Of a stretch of 64,000 nucleotides of DNA, positions 1 through 8,519 are shown in pieces. Source of the DNA: a virus (lineage: Duplodnaviria > Heunggongvirae > Uroviricota > Caudoviricetes). The stretch lies in IMG/VR virus record IMGVR_UViG_3300029549_000273. One strand, 5' to 3'. The position numbers were made by a program, and so were the translations under genes. The notes under the pieces are model-generated. The model saw only the letters and a list, made by a program, of their open reading frames with translations, was not told the origin of the DNA and searched no databases. Every line of letters begins with the position of its first letter. The stretch's first letter is position 1.

Positions 1-928
1 CAACAGTCGCTTTCCGGTCGTTGTTGATGGCAACCATCTTTCCAAGATAGGCCTGTGCGTTGCTGTTATCCGTACACAGTAGGGCCTTCAGCACGGACGT
101 TCCTCCGGCATTATACATACGCCCAGGCGCGTTGATAAGCGGCGCGACGGTGTATGCGATAGTCTCTTCATTCATCGGAGCGCCGGAGGAGGCTGTCCAG
201 AGCAACTGATTGATGCCGGCAGGCAGATGCGCTTCCCCGCTGTTGACTCGTCGCAAGCCATTCATAACAATAGCTCGGTTATCACCCGTCAGCGGCATGG
301 AGTCCGCAATCGTGCCGATACACGCAAGTACCAGTAAATCATCCGGCATGGCACTGATGTCCGCAACGCGGAGCATATACTGCGCCAGCTTGAACGCAAG
401 ACCTGCACCGCAATATTCCTTGTATGGGCTGGAGTCTCCGTCCATGTGTGGGTCACAAATTACAGCGGCGCGTTTCGGTTCACGGCCATCTGCGAGATGG
501 TGGTCCAGCACTACGACCGTGTTGCCGTGCTCCGTGGCGGCCTTGTCCAGAACGTCGCCGGCCGCGATGCCGTTGTCTACCGTGATGATAAGGCTGTTTT
601 CGACGCCCTTCAAAATCGAATCGGATACGCCGTATCCGTCCGTAAATCTGCGGGGGATGATGGGCCGCACCTTGACGCCCATGCTATACAGGAGCCGCGT
701 CAGAATCGTGGTCGAGGTGATGCCGTCCGCATCATAGTCGCCGACAATCACGACGGGCATATTCTTGCGGATACATTCCTCAATGGTCTCCCCCGCCTGC
801 TTAATACCGCAGACTTGCTCTGCGGGCACTTCTCTCGGCGATAGCAGTTCTTCTGCGCTTTGACCCGACATACCGAGAATTGCCTCTTCGATTGTATGAT
901 AAATTGTTTTATTCTGAATCCATTCCAT
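1..928 (-). CDS. recJ: RecJ-like single-stranded-DNA exonuclease (DHH phosphoesterase family), N-terminal part only; the gene continues beyond the window edge
   Basis: The reverse translation of 928 downward reads MEWIQNKTIYHTIEEAILG...PVVIVGDYDADGITSTTIL...LDHH, which matches the DHH motifs of RecJ. The start ATG is at 926-928. The ORF runs off the window edge. Confidence 0.6.
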   Translation of the reverse strand, partial: MEWIQNKTIYHTIEEAILGMSGQSAEELLSPREVPAEQVCGIKQAGETIEECIRKNMPVVIVGDYDADGITSTTILTRLLYSMGVKVRPIIPRRFTDGYGVSDSILKGVENSLIITVDNGIAAGDVLDKAATEHGNTVVVLDHHLADGREPKRAAVICDPHMDGDSSPYKEYCGAGLAFKLAQYMLRVADISAMPDDLLVLACIGTIADSMPLTGDNRAIVMNGLRRVNSGEAHLPAGINQLLWTASSGAPMNEETIAYTVAPLINAPGRMYNAGGTSVLKALLCTDNSNAQAYLGKMVAINNDRKATV

Positions 929-1586
929 TGCTCAAGAATTCCCTTCTGCGGACAAACGCCTTCGCGCAAAGGAACTGCCCGTCGTCGCTTCTACAATAGT
1001 CGCAAAGCTCCATCCCGCCGCATGGCGTCTCAACACCATGCTCCCGTTTCTGCGCCTCTTTCAGCACCTCGTCGAGTGCTGCGAGGATATCGTCCACACT
1101 GAACAGGATGTCAGCAGGCCTCTCATTTTCCTCGCCGCAGCCGTCCGCGTATTTTGCGCTCTCCGCACAGGCCATCTGGTCACACAGCTCGTTATACTGA
1201 TTGCCGTTGTGTCCTTTCACCCAGATGAAGGTGCATTTGCGTTGTGCTGTCAGCTTATCAAGCTCCTTCCAGAGGTCCAGGTTTTTTACCGGGCCTTCCT
1301 TTCGCTTCCAGCCGTTCCGCTTCCAGCTTTTCAGCCAGCCGTCGTTAAAGGCCCGTACAACATACTGGGAGTCGCTGTATATCTTTACGCCGGTCGTGTC
1401 CTTGTCCAGCGCCTTTAATCCTTGAATCAGCCCCATCAGCTCCATGCGGTTGTTCGTCGTGTCGCTCGCGCCTCCGGACAACTCTATCTGCTTCCCATCG
1501 CAAAGGATGACAGCCGCCCAGCCGCCAGGTCCGGGATTGCCGATGCAAGAGCCGTCTGTATAGATGGTTGCCTGCTTTCCTATCAT
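909..1586 (-). CDS. rnhA: Ribonuclease HI with a roughly 90-aa Cys-containing C-terminal extension
   Basis: MIGKQATIYTDGSCIGNPGPGGWAAVI...TNNRMELMGLIQGL...IWVKGHNGNQYNELCDQMA are RNase H family motifs. The ribosome-binding site AAAGGAGAA precedes the ATG at 1586. The start chosen is the internal Met of the 249-aa ORF. Confidence 0.8.
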   Translation of the reverse strand: MIGKQATIYTDGSCIGNPGPGGWAAVILCDGKQIELSGGASDTTNNRMELMGLIQGLKALDKDTTGVKIYSDSQYVVRAFNDGWLKSWKRNGWKRKEGPVKNLDLWKELDKLTAQRKCTFIWVKGHNGNQYNELCDQMACAESAKYADGCGEENERPADILFSVDDILAALDEVLKEAQKREHGVETPCGGMELCDYCRSDDGQFLCAKAFVRRREFLSNGMDSE

Positions 1587-1646
1587 CGAAATTCTCCTTT
1601 CTGCCTGTATTCTTGAGAATACAAGCACCCTGGTTCTTTGGTTCTC

Positions 1647-1675
1647 ATTATACCACATTACTGCTAAATTGTCAA
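1647..1675 (-). promoter_or_regulatory. Sigma-70 consensus promoter TTGACA-N17-TGgTATAAT upstream of rnhA
   Basis: The reverse complement reads TTGACAatttagcagtaatgtggTATAAT. The -35 box is at 1670-1675, the -10 box at 1647-1652, and the spacer is 17 nt. Confidence 0.55.
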
Positions 1676-1765
1676 TTTATTGCGTATTTATTTGCGGGCA
1701 TTTTTCTGTTTTTCTGTGAACTTGAAAATAAAAAAAGCGGCTATGCGAAAACGCATGGTCGCTCT

Positions 1766-2125
1766 TTATGTATGGCCCAAATTTCTCTTTATATGGAAAT
1801 CTTTCCGTAGTGCATAATACAGGGTGTCTCCCTCTGCCTTAATGGTTGGCAGGCACTCTCCCGTGTTGTCTCTGGCATACGCAAGGCACAGAATCGTGCC
1901 AAACCGGCAATCGCGCAGCCGCCCTTCTGCTTGCGCACGTCTGACCAATTTCATGCTTGCTTCGGAAGATAGTTCAAGCCGATAGATTTCTTCATCGCCG
2001 ATGTGTGTCCACGAAATCACAAATGTGTCAAGCCAGTCCCCCATCCGCTCGGATTCTTTCTGCATCCAATGCCGGATTTCGGCATGGGTCGCTGTCCAAT
2101 GAATATCGAACTTCTTTGTGTTCAC
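1766..2125 (-). CDS. Hypothetical protein (119 aa), probable GTG start
   Basis: The ORF has GGAGGAGGG 7 nt upstream of the start. No recognisable motif was found. Confidence 0.45.
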   Translation of the reverse strand: MNTKKFDIHWTATHAEIRHWMQKESERMGDWLDTFVISWTHIGDEEIYRLELSSEASMKLVRRAQAEGRLRDCRFGTILCLAYARDNTGECLPTIKAEGDTLYYALRKDFHIKRNLGHT

Positions 2126-2184
2126 TATACGCCCTCCTCCTATGAGGAATGTTATCTCAAGGTTTTCGTGTGCAACACCGCTCC

Positions 2185-2307
2185 TTACCCGCAGAGTTGT
2201 TCAATCACACACCGCAAGAGTAGCAGAGCAAGGAAGGCAACACCAGCAATGATGCGGGCGCGGACGCGCTGTCTCTCTTGAATTTGTTCGAGATTGCTAT
2301 TCATCAT
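2185..2307 (-). CDS. Possible small membrane peptide (40 aa)
   Basis: The sequence is MMNSNLEQIQERQRVRARIIAGVAFLALLLLRCVIEQLCG. An AGGAG motif lies 10 nt upstream. The ORF is short and was not in the supplied ORF track. Confidence 0.2.
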   Translation of the reverse strand: MMNSNLEQIQERQRVRARIIAGVAFLALLLLRCVIEQLCG

Positions 2308-2539
2308 AGAAAAATCGCTCCTGTCTCGTTAGATTTGGTGGGGGATTATTGACTTATGTCAGAGATTGAAATTGCAGAATTTGGCTGGATGCCTATTTAG
2401 TATCATTGTCAGTTGTAATTGACACCAAATGTGCGTGTTGGCTGTGTTATTTTGCAGCGTGTGCGTGGGGCGTGGACTCCTATTTGGTGTCGATGACATC
2501 TACGGTCTACACCAAGTAGGTATGCAAAGCAGCTCCTCT

Positions 2540-4042
2540 TTACAAATTGCCCGTTATTTTTAGATTGATTTTCACCTGCTTTTTGTCGTCCACGATGATA
2601 GAATCTATAATTCTTCTGAGGTCCATATTGGTTGCAGATTGCAGGCTGAGAAACCGCTCAATTTCCGTCATCGCTTCATTCGTGATGCTTTCGATGGTCC
2701 TTTCCTGTGTGCGTTGTCCTTCGAGGAGAATAAGCTGGTCATCAATCACATTGATAGATTCGTTGATTTCTGCTGTCTTACTTTTCAACGCTTCCATCGT
2801 GATGACATCATTGGCGTACATCTCCATATACTTTTCCAACTTTGCCTTCAGCTTGACCTTTTTCGCCTCAAGCGTTTGAGCGTCTGGCTTACTTCCCTCC
2901 ACCGCATTTGCTTCCTTAAACTTGCGTGCGATTTCCTGAGCGATGGACTCTTTGTTAGAGACAACCTCTCTCAGGTAGGTGGAGAGTGTTTCAATTAGGT
3001 CATCCTCTCTGACGATTGTGTTGTTGGAACATCGTTTTGCGGTATACTGGTTGTTGGTTGGACATCGCCAGTAAATGTAATCGGAGTTTGGATAATGCGT
3101 CACTCTTCGTGAGAAGGCGCGTCCGCATTCCTTGCAGCGTATCAGGGTGCTGAATAAATGCCTGTTGCTGTATCGCCCAGTGAAATGCGTGTATTCGGTC
3201 GCGTATTGTTTTCTCCTCTGCTCCAAGATTTCCTGTGCCTGCTGGAAGCGTTCGGGCGTTATGATGGCCCATTCCGGGCGGTCATGGTGGTAATACTGTT
3301 CCTTCGGCAGCGCCTTCGTCGTTCCTTCCAGAAAGTCCACAACGGTATAGCGGTGATTGATGTAATGTCCGCTGTAAATTGGGTTCTCCAGTATTCTCCG
3401 TATGTTCCTCTGGTTCCAATCGTTACCAAACTTGGTTTTCATCTGCTTTTCGGCAAGTGTGATGGCGATAAGGCGGCATCCAAGTCCCTCGTCGATGTAG
3501 AGATGATAGATTTCTCTGACGACCTCCGCTTCCCTCTCGTTGATTTCCATAGTGAAGTTATCAATCCGGTCATATCCGAAAATTCGCGGCGGTACTCTTC
3601 CTTTCTTTGATGTAATATTCTTCCCGAACTTGACTCGCTTAGACAGGTTCGAACTTTCCTCCTGCGCCACAGCGCCGAGCAGCGTGATGACGAACTCCGA
3701 TTCGCCAAGCACTTTCTGGCTGTTATTGACAAAAATCACGTCGATTCCTCTCGATTTGAGCTGTCGAATCGACGTGAGTAGGTCTACAGTATTTCGTGCA
3801 AATCGTGAGACATCCTTGACCACAAGAAGGTCAAATAGCCCAAGTTTTGAGTCACTCAGCATTTTGTTGAACGCATCGCGCTTTTTGAGCTGTCTGCCTG
3901 TAATTCCTTCGTCCGTGTAGACATTGACCAGATGATGCCCATTCTGCTTTGCAAAATCCGAGAAAAACTCCATCTGATGCTCTAAGCTATCTAATTGCCG
4001 TTCCTCGTCGGTGCTAACTCGTGCGTACCCGCACATTCTCAT
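2540..4042 (-). CDS. Large serine recombinase (resolvase/invertase catalytic domain, recombinase domain and zinc ribbon)
   Basis: The N-terminal YARVSTDEERQLDSLEHQ carries the catalytic-Ser motif. A Cys cluster is present at CKECG...CPTNNQYTAKRC. The C-terminal coiled coil and 500-aa length are typical of phage/ICE serine integrases. A ribosome-binding site AAAGGAGG precedes the start. Confidence 0.88.
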   Translation of the reverse strand: MRMCGYARVSTDEERQLDSLEHQMEFFSDFAKQNGHHLVNVYTDEGITGRQLKKRDAFNKMLSDSKLGLFDLLVVKDVSRFARNTVDLLTSIRQLKSRGIDVIFVNNSQKVLGESEFVITLLGAVAQEESSNLSKRVKFGKNITSKKGRVPPRIFGYDRIDNFTMEINEREAEVVREIYHLYIDEGLGCRLIAITLAEKQMKTKFGNDWNQRNIRRILENPIYSGHYINHRYTVVDFLEGTTKALPKEQYYHHDRPEWAIITPERFQQAQEILEQRRKQYATEYTHFTGRYSNRHLFSTLIRCKECGRAFSRRVTHYPNSDYIYWRCPTNNQYTAKRCSNNTIVREDDLIETLSTYLREVVSNKESIAQEIARKFKEANAVEGSKPDAQTLEAKKVKLKAKLEKYMEMYANDVITMEALKSKTAEINESINVIDDQLILLEGQRTQERTIESITNEAMTEIERFLSLQSATNMDLRRIIDSIIVDDKKQVKINLKITGNL

Positions 4043-4082
4043 GTGCCGGCCTCCTTTCGATGCCAGCCAAATTCTGCTGGTT

Positions 4083-4111
4083 CGATTATACCACGCGCAT
4101 CCAGCTCGTTC
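4083..4111 (-). promoter_or_regulatory. Sigma-70-like promoter TTGAAC-N17-TGGTATAAT upstream of the serine recombinase gene
   Basis: The reverse complement reads cTTGAACgagctggatgcgcgtggTATAATcg. Confidence 0.5.
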
Positions 4112-4296
4112 AAGATGCTACCTCCGCTCGGCCGGCAAGCAGCTTTGAAAGCACGATATCTTGAATGGCCTGCATTAGTTCGTCAGGAGTCGCACCGCAT
4201 TCGATGGTAAATACCACTTGTGTTGGCTTTTTCACCTGAAACACCTCCACTGCGAATTTTATGTTTCACACGGCCGAGTATATGAGAGTGATTCGC

Positions 4297-4578
4297 TCAG
4301 TCCTCGTCCTCGTCATCATCCTTCTCCCATTTCCTACGCTTTCTGCCGTTAGGAAGCAGAAATACGGCGAGTAGGCATTCCGTCAGGACCCATATTCCAA
4401 ATTTCTTTTGAACCTCTGGGTCAAACGCCGCAGGTTGGTATCCTTCAAACAGGATTTGAGGGATATGGCGCAGGACGTCCATATAAAGCTCTCCCTGCTC
4501 GTGCCAAAAATATGCGATGCCAAGAATCAGGACACCTACTACAACGCCTTTATAGATGGCTCTACGCAATGGTAGCAC
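4297..4578 (-). CDS. Hypothetical small membrane protein with an acidic C-terminus
   Basis: 93-aa ORF with a hydrophobic core and a DDDEDED tail. Confidence 0.4.
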   Translation of the reverse strand: MLPLRRAIYKGVVVGVLILGIAYFWHEQGELYMDVLRHIPQILFEGYQPAAFDPEVQKKFGIWVLTECLLAVFLLPNGRKRRKWEKDDDEDED

Positions 4579-5050
4579 TTCCCTTCACAGGAGGCAGCTC
4601 ATGCCCCGCGTTGACGATGAACGGCATCCAGGCGTTTACCTGAATAGTTCCGTCATGCCTATTCCTGGAATAAACGATGAAAGAACCCTTCTCGTGCTTC
4701 AGGTCTACCAATGCTCTTGCGACTGCCGCAAAGTTCTTGTTTCTCATGGCGGAATACCTGGCCGCAACCTCTGCGAGAGAAGCATACGGGTTTGCCTTGA
4801 TGCAGATAGACAGGCAGGCCAGTCCAACGGATTTAGAGTGTCCTCCTTTATCGTAGAAACACACATCTTCAAAGGAACACTCCATGTCCTCGTCCTTATG
4901 CTGTTCAATTTCACTCAGTAGGCGAAGTGTCCGCTCGCTCAGGTCTGGGTCAGAAGATACCAGGGCTTTCCCCTGTTCGGACAGCAGCTTGTCAGGGAGA
5001 CTGCACCAGGCATCGACGCCCGGCTGCGTTTTCAGCGTTCGGTTTGCCAT
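4562..5050 (-). CDS. Hypothetical protein (162 aa)
   Basis: ORF that continues the minus-strand gene array. No motif was recognised. Confidence 0.45.
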   Translation of the reverse strand: MANRTLKTQPGVDAWCSLPDKLLSEQGKALVSSDPDLSERTLRLLSEIEQHKDEDMECSFEDVCFYDKGGHSKSVGLACLSICIKANPYASLAEVAARYSAMRNKNFAAVARALVDLKHEKGSFIVYSRNRHDGTIQVNAWMPFIVNAGHELPPVKGSATIA

Positions 5051-5053
5051 TTT

Positions 5054-5662
5054 TCAACTCTCTCCTTTCACCAGAAATTCAATGCTTTCCGCATTATCCA
5101 GAACCTCCGCTTGAATATAGACAATTACAGAGGTCTGCTTGCAGTTAGAGATATCCTGGCTGAACTGGAAGGCAGGATTGATTTCTGCCGGTTCGATGAC
5201 GATTTTAACGCTCTCGTCCCCGATATACTGCTCGGCGGCCACCAGATTGACCTCTGTTCCGTAGGCATCTGTAGAGAAAACAATCGCCTTATATCCGGCG
5301 GCATACCAGTCATCGACGAGCGGGACCTGTTCCGGCTCCACCTGCACGATGTCAAGGTATTCGCTCAGGTACTTTTCGTATTCTTTCTTCGTGTCCAGCA
5401 TGAAATATCCGTTCTTCTCCAGTTTCCTGTTTACCTTTGTGGAGAGCACGGACTTGCAGAAGGTTCCTTTTGCATCCATATCTGCAAGTGAATCCTCTGT
5501 ATAGGGCTGAATGGTTACTTGACCTGAGATGCCGCCTCCCGACGGCATCCCGGTCATCAGTGAGATAGCAATTCCGACAACTGCCGCAACTATCAGCGCA
5601 ACACCGGCAATAGCTGTCAGAAGTTTTGCCCTTTCTTTCGCTCTGCTGTGCATGACGGTCAA
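5054..5662 (-). CDS. Hypothetical N-terminally membrane-anchored protein
   Basis: 202-aa ORF. The N-terminal segment LLTAIAGVALIVAAVVGIAISL is predicted transmembrane. Confidence 0.5.
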   Translation of the reverse strand: MTVMHSRAKERAKLLTAIAGVALIVAAVVGIAISLMTGMPSGGGISGQVTIQPYTEDSLADMDAKGTFCKSVLSTKVNRKLEKNGYFMLDTKKEYEKYLSEYLDIVQVEPEQVPLVDDWYAAGYKAIVFSTDAYGTEVNLVAAEQYIGDESVKIVIEPAEINPAFQFSQDISNCKQTSVIVYIQAEVLDNAESIEFLVKGES

Positions 5663-6162
5663 ATTTCAACTTCGCCTGCGGGAACGGCAACGGCCACAGC
5701 GGGTTCGGTGGCAGGTGCAGCAGGCTCAACCGGTGCGACAGGCGCAACAGGCGCGGGAGTAAACTCCGCAGCTACGGGTGCAGGAGTGGCTTCCTGAACA
5801 GGAGCGGATGCGGCTACCTCAACTGCGGCAGCAGGCGCTTCCGAAGTGGGAGTAGCAGGCGCAGTCTGTTCAGCCTCCGGCTCTGCGTCCGGTACAGCAT
5901 TTACCTCCATGACCGGCGTGGCGGTCTTTACGAACAGAGCCAGGTCCATCTCATACTTCTTTGTGGACGTCTCCAGACCAGTCACGAGGAAAGAGCGGTC
6001 TGTTCCGTACTTCTTGCGCAGATAAGCGAGGGCCTGAGCGGAATCGACAGCATCTGCGACCAGTTCGGACGGACATTCCTTGAATGCCGGCATACCGTTC
6101 TCCAAAACGGCCTCGGAATAATGGATGACCGTAGCGGTCACTTTTCGTGTGATTTTTTCCAT
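5659..6162 (-). CDS. Hypothetical protein with an Ala/Pro-rich low-complexity C-terminus
   Basis: An internal start (MEKITRK) is preceded by GAAAGGAG. The longer ORF reaching 6435 would overlap tRNA-Gly and was rejected. Confidence 0.5.
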   Translation of the reverse strand: MEKITRKVTATVIHYSEAVLENGMPAFKECPSELVADAVDSAQALAYLRKKYGTDRSFLVTGLETSTKKYEMDLALFVKTATPVMEVNAVPDAEPEAEQTAPATPTSEAPAAAVEVAASAPVQEATPAPVAAEFTPAPVAPVAPVEPAAPATEPAVAVAVPAGEVEI

Positions 6163-6405
6163 GTGTAAGCTCCTTTCGGCGGGCAAAAAATTCAAAAAAT
6201 AAGCGGCATCACAAGACAAACCCGCGAAAAACGGATAGTTTGCGACGCCGCTTTTGCTGGCTGCTGCTTGCCCGTCTCTCCGGACTGTCACCGCTGCGGG
6301 GCGGCTGCTTGCGGTTAGCCCCCGTGAGTCCCCGTTTCCCCTGCCCTGATGTGCTCTATCTGTGGGCAGACCGTTCAGACGTGTACTTTGTCCGAGCACT
6401 GGACG

Positions 6406-6482
6406 TGGAGCAACGTACCGGATTCGAACCGGCACCGCCGGTTTGGAAGACCGGAGTGCTGACCGTTAAACACCAACGCTGC
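6406..6482 (-). tRNA. tRNA-Gly(TCC), CCA encoded
   Basis: The reverse complement is GCAGCGTTGGTGTTTAACGGTCAGCACTCCGGTCTTCCAAACCGGCGGTGCCGGTTCGAATCCGGTACGTTGCTCCA. The anticodon loop is CTTCCAA. Confidence 0.75.
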
Positions 6483-6646
6483 TTGTTGCAGCTCCCGACA
6501 ATCGAGGCATCGTTTACTTGCGCGTCATGGGCGCTTTCGCAAGCCGCCGTGTATACCCACCGGCTCCGCGCCTGAATTGTCGGGCATTGTCATTCTTCGT
6601 GAGGCTTTCTGCACACGCTCACATCAGCCGAGAGCGACTCGGCAAC

Positions 6647-6723
6647 TGGTTTCGGGGGCGGGACTCGAACCCGCGTCAACCGGCTTATGAGGCCGGACTG
6701 GAACCATCTCCAGGCACCCCGAT
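6647..6723 (-). tRNA. tRNA-Met(CAT); the 1:72 pair is mismatched, so it could be the initiator type
   Basis: The reverse complement is ...CCGGCCTCATAAGCCGG...GCGGGTTCGAGTCCCGCCCCCGAAACCA. The anticodon loop is CTCATAA and the T-arm is GCGGG/CCCGC. Confidence 0.65.
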
Positions 6724-6732
6724 ATATATGGC

Positions 6733-6868
6733 AGGGACGGTTGGGAATCGAACCCACCACAAGCGGTTTAAGGTGAAGAGAGGACCGTCAACCGTTGCCG
6801 TGTGGAGTCGAACCACACGGCTTGGGGAATCGAACACCCGCCCAGGTCCTCTGGTCCGGGACCGTCCC
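6733..6868 (-). ncRNA. Atypical 136-nt tRNA-like structured element with three T-arm-like hairpins and a nested acceptor-like stem
   Basis: The outer stem pairs GGGACGG with CCGTCCC, and the inner stem pairs GAGGACC with GGTCCTC. The inner span is exactly 73 nt. T-loop-like motifs are GGTGTTCGATTCC, GTGTGGTTCGACTCCACAC and GGGTTCGATTCCCAA. The element cannot be parsed as one or two canonical tRNAs by eye. Confidence 0.3.
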
Positions 6869-6949
6869 GGATGGCATAGCCCCGCTTAGATTGTCACACA
6901 CTGATATCAGGCCGGACACATCCGAGCAGTGCAGTTTTCAGCGAGGCTA

Positions 6950-7026
6950 TGGTGATGCCAGCGAGGCTCGAACTCGCACTCTTCAGCGTGAAAGGCTGAT
7001 GACTTTACCAATTCGTCTATGGCACC
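6950..7026 (-). tRNA. tRNA-Glu(TTC), CCA encoded
   Basis: The reverse complement is GGTGCCATAGACGAATTGGTAAAGTCATCAGCCTTTCACGCTGAAGAGTGCGAGTTCGAGCCTCGCTGGCATCACCA. Confidence 0.65.
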
Positions 7027-7134
7027 GAAGGAAAGAGATATGGCTGGGCAAACGGCTTTTACTGCCCTGTCGGCACGGAATGGATACCGCCCCGGTGGGT
7101 TCTCACCACTATATTCTGTTAAGCCTATCTCTTG

Positions 7135-7210
7135 TGGCGGTCCCTGCTGGACTCGAACCAGCGACTTTCTGATTAACAGTCAGACGCTCTGCCAACTGAG
7201 CTAAGAGACC
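7135..7210 (-). tRNA. tRNA-Asn(GTT), CCA encoded
   Basis: The reverse complement is GGTCTCTTAGCTCAGTTGGCAGAGCGTCTGACTGTTAATCAGAAAGTCGCTGGTTCGAGTCCAGCAGGGACCGCCA. This is a canonical cloverleaf. Confidence 0.8.
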
Positions 7211-7217
7211 AAATAAA

Positions 7218-7289
7218 GTTGGAAGCCGGACTTGACCCGGCGACCTACGCATTACAAATGCGCTACGCTACCAACTGAGCTATGTCAGC
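7218..7289 (-). pseudogene. tRNA-Thr(TGT)-like remnant abutting tRNA-Asn; the acceptor stem cannot pair
   Basis: The 5' part GCTGACATAGCTCAGTTGG...GCGCATTTGTAATGCGT and the T-arm GCCGGGTCAAGTCCGGC resemble the Thr(CGT) gene at 8295..8370. The 3' strand TTCCAAC is not complementary to the 5' GCTGACA. Confidence 0.35.
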
Positions 7290-7401
7290 ATTTTGCTCGG
7301 CTCCCGGTCGCGGACGCCTTCCTGCCAGCCGCCCAGCACTTAGCAATGATGCCAGCCGCCAATCACTTAGCTTTTTGCGCTTCCTCGCCCGCATACCGGG
7401 A

Positions 7402-7488
7402 TGGTGCTATCGAAGGGACTTGAACCCTTACGCTGTTTCCGGCAGCAGATTTTGAGTCTGCCGTGTCTGCCAATTTCACCACGATAGC
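7402..7488 (-). tRNA. tRNA-Leu(CAA), long variable arm, CCA encoded
   Basis: The reverse complement is GCTATCGTGGTGAAATTGGCAGACACGGCAGACTCAAAATCTGCTGCCGGAAACAGCGTAAGGGTTCAAGTCCCTTCGATAGCACCA. Confidence 0.8.
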
Positions 7489-7499
7489 ATATTAAGAGA

Positions 7500-7586
7500 T
7501 GGTGGGCCGTGCTGGACTCGAACCAGCCGAGCCGTGAGGCACCAGATTTACAGTCTGGCCCGCTACCTGCTACGGAATACCGGCCC
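7500..7586 (-). tRNA. tRNA-Tyr(GTA), long variable arm, CCA encoded
   Basis: The reverse complement is GGGCCGGTATTCCGTAGCAGGTAGCGGGCCAGACTGTAAATCTGGTGCCTCACGGCTCGGCTGGTTCGAGTCCAGCACGGCCCACCA. Confidence 0.75.
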
Positions 7587-7616
7587 ATATTTGCCGCCAA
7601 AGGCGGCTTGGTGTGC

Positions 7617-8270
7617 TTACCCCCAATGCTGCTGCACAGGATTTCGGGAGCAATATTCCTTATATTGCTGCAATACTTCAACGCCACGCCCCGGTGAATC
7701 GGTTCTGTAGTCTACCGAATATGCAGCAAAGGCATCTCGTACTTTAGCGGCATATTCAGTGATAGTTCCCAGCATTTTGTCCTGCTGCTGACTCATGGCC
7801 GCCATCGTATCGCCAAACTTCATGGAATATTGGGCTTCCCATTCATCCACAAAATCTTCCTTGCTGGTGTTCCAGATATACCACGGCGGACATTCGCAAT
7901 CATCAGCCTTATAGAGCATATCCATGCCCCGCATTGAGTGGTTGATATAATCCATCAATGCGTGATACAATTCGCGGTATGCTGTGGCAAACGCCTGCCT
8001 ATTTTCATCGCCGTGTTGAAAGAGATACCCCGAAATCAAAACGCTGGCATAGCTTTGTTCAACAAAGCCGTACATATCAGCCAGAATTTGTTTGCGGCGG
8101 ACAAGTTCTTCTGTTTTCTCAGGAATATCCGACAGTTTTGGAATAGCATTAAGCACCACGCTTTTTCCGACTAATGCAGCTACCGCATCCGCCGCTCGTT
8201 CGTACCGATTGTCGTACCGATTGGTGACTTTTAATGCTTGCTTTAAGTCTGCTGAATCCAACATTGCCAT
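7617..8270 (-). CDS. Hypothetical protein (217 aa) embedded within the tRNA array
   Basis: Clean ORF with AAAGGAGA 6 nt before the ATG. It is flanked by tRNA-Tyr and tRNA-Thr. Confidence 0.55.
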   Translation of the reverse strand: MAMLDSADLKQALKVTNRYDNRYERAADAVAALVGKSVVLNAIPKLSDIPEKTEELVRRKQILADMYGFVEQSYASVLISGYLFQHGDENRQAFATAYRELYHALMDYINHSMRGMDMLYKADDCECPPWYIWNTSKEDFVDEWEAQYSMKFGDTMAAMSQQQDKMLGTITEYAAKVRDAFAAYSVDYRTDSPGRGVEVLQQYKEYCSRNPVQQHWG

Positions 8271-8294
8271 TCTCCTTTTCTAATGTTTTATTTC

Positions 8295-8370
<76 letters not shown>

Positions 8371-8389
8371 ATTTTTCTCTTTGGGAGAA

Positions 8390-8464
8390 TGGCTGAGATG
8401 GCTGGATTCGAACCAGCGAGTCAGGGAGTCAAAGTCCCATGCCTTACCACTTGGCTACACCTCA
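8390..8464 (-). tRNA. tRNA-Gln(TTG), CCA encoded
   Basis: The reverse complement is TGAGGTGTAGCCAAGTGGTAAGGCATGGGACTTTGACTCCCTGACTCGCTGGTTCGAATCCAGCCATCTCAGCCA. Confidence 0.7.
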
Positions 8465-8519
8465 ATATTTCGCGGGCAGACTTTGGGACCGTCTGCCGGG
8501 GTCGTAATCTCGACGAGTG

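Noticed and set aside
6733-6868. tmRNA or SRP RNA for the nested tRNA-like element
   Set aside because: It is far too short for tmRNA and has no tag-peptide ORF. It lacks SRP domain IV motifs.
6240-7697. Plus-strand ORFs (111-125 aa) across the tRNA array
   Set aside because: They overlap minus-strand tRNA genes, have no ribosome-binding sites, and their amino-acid sequences are dominated by reverse-complemented tRNA motifs.
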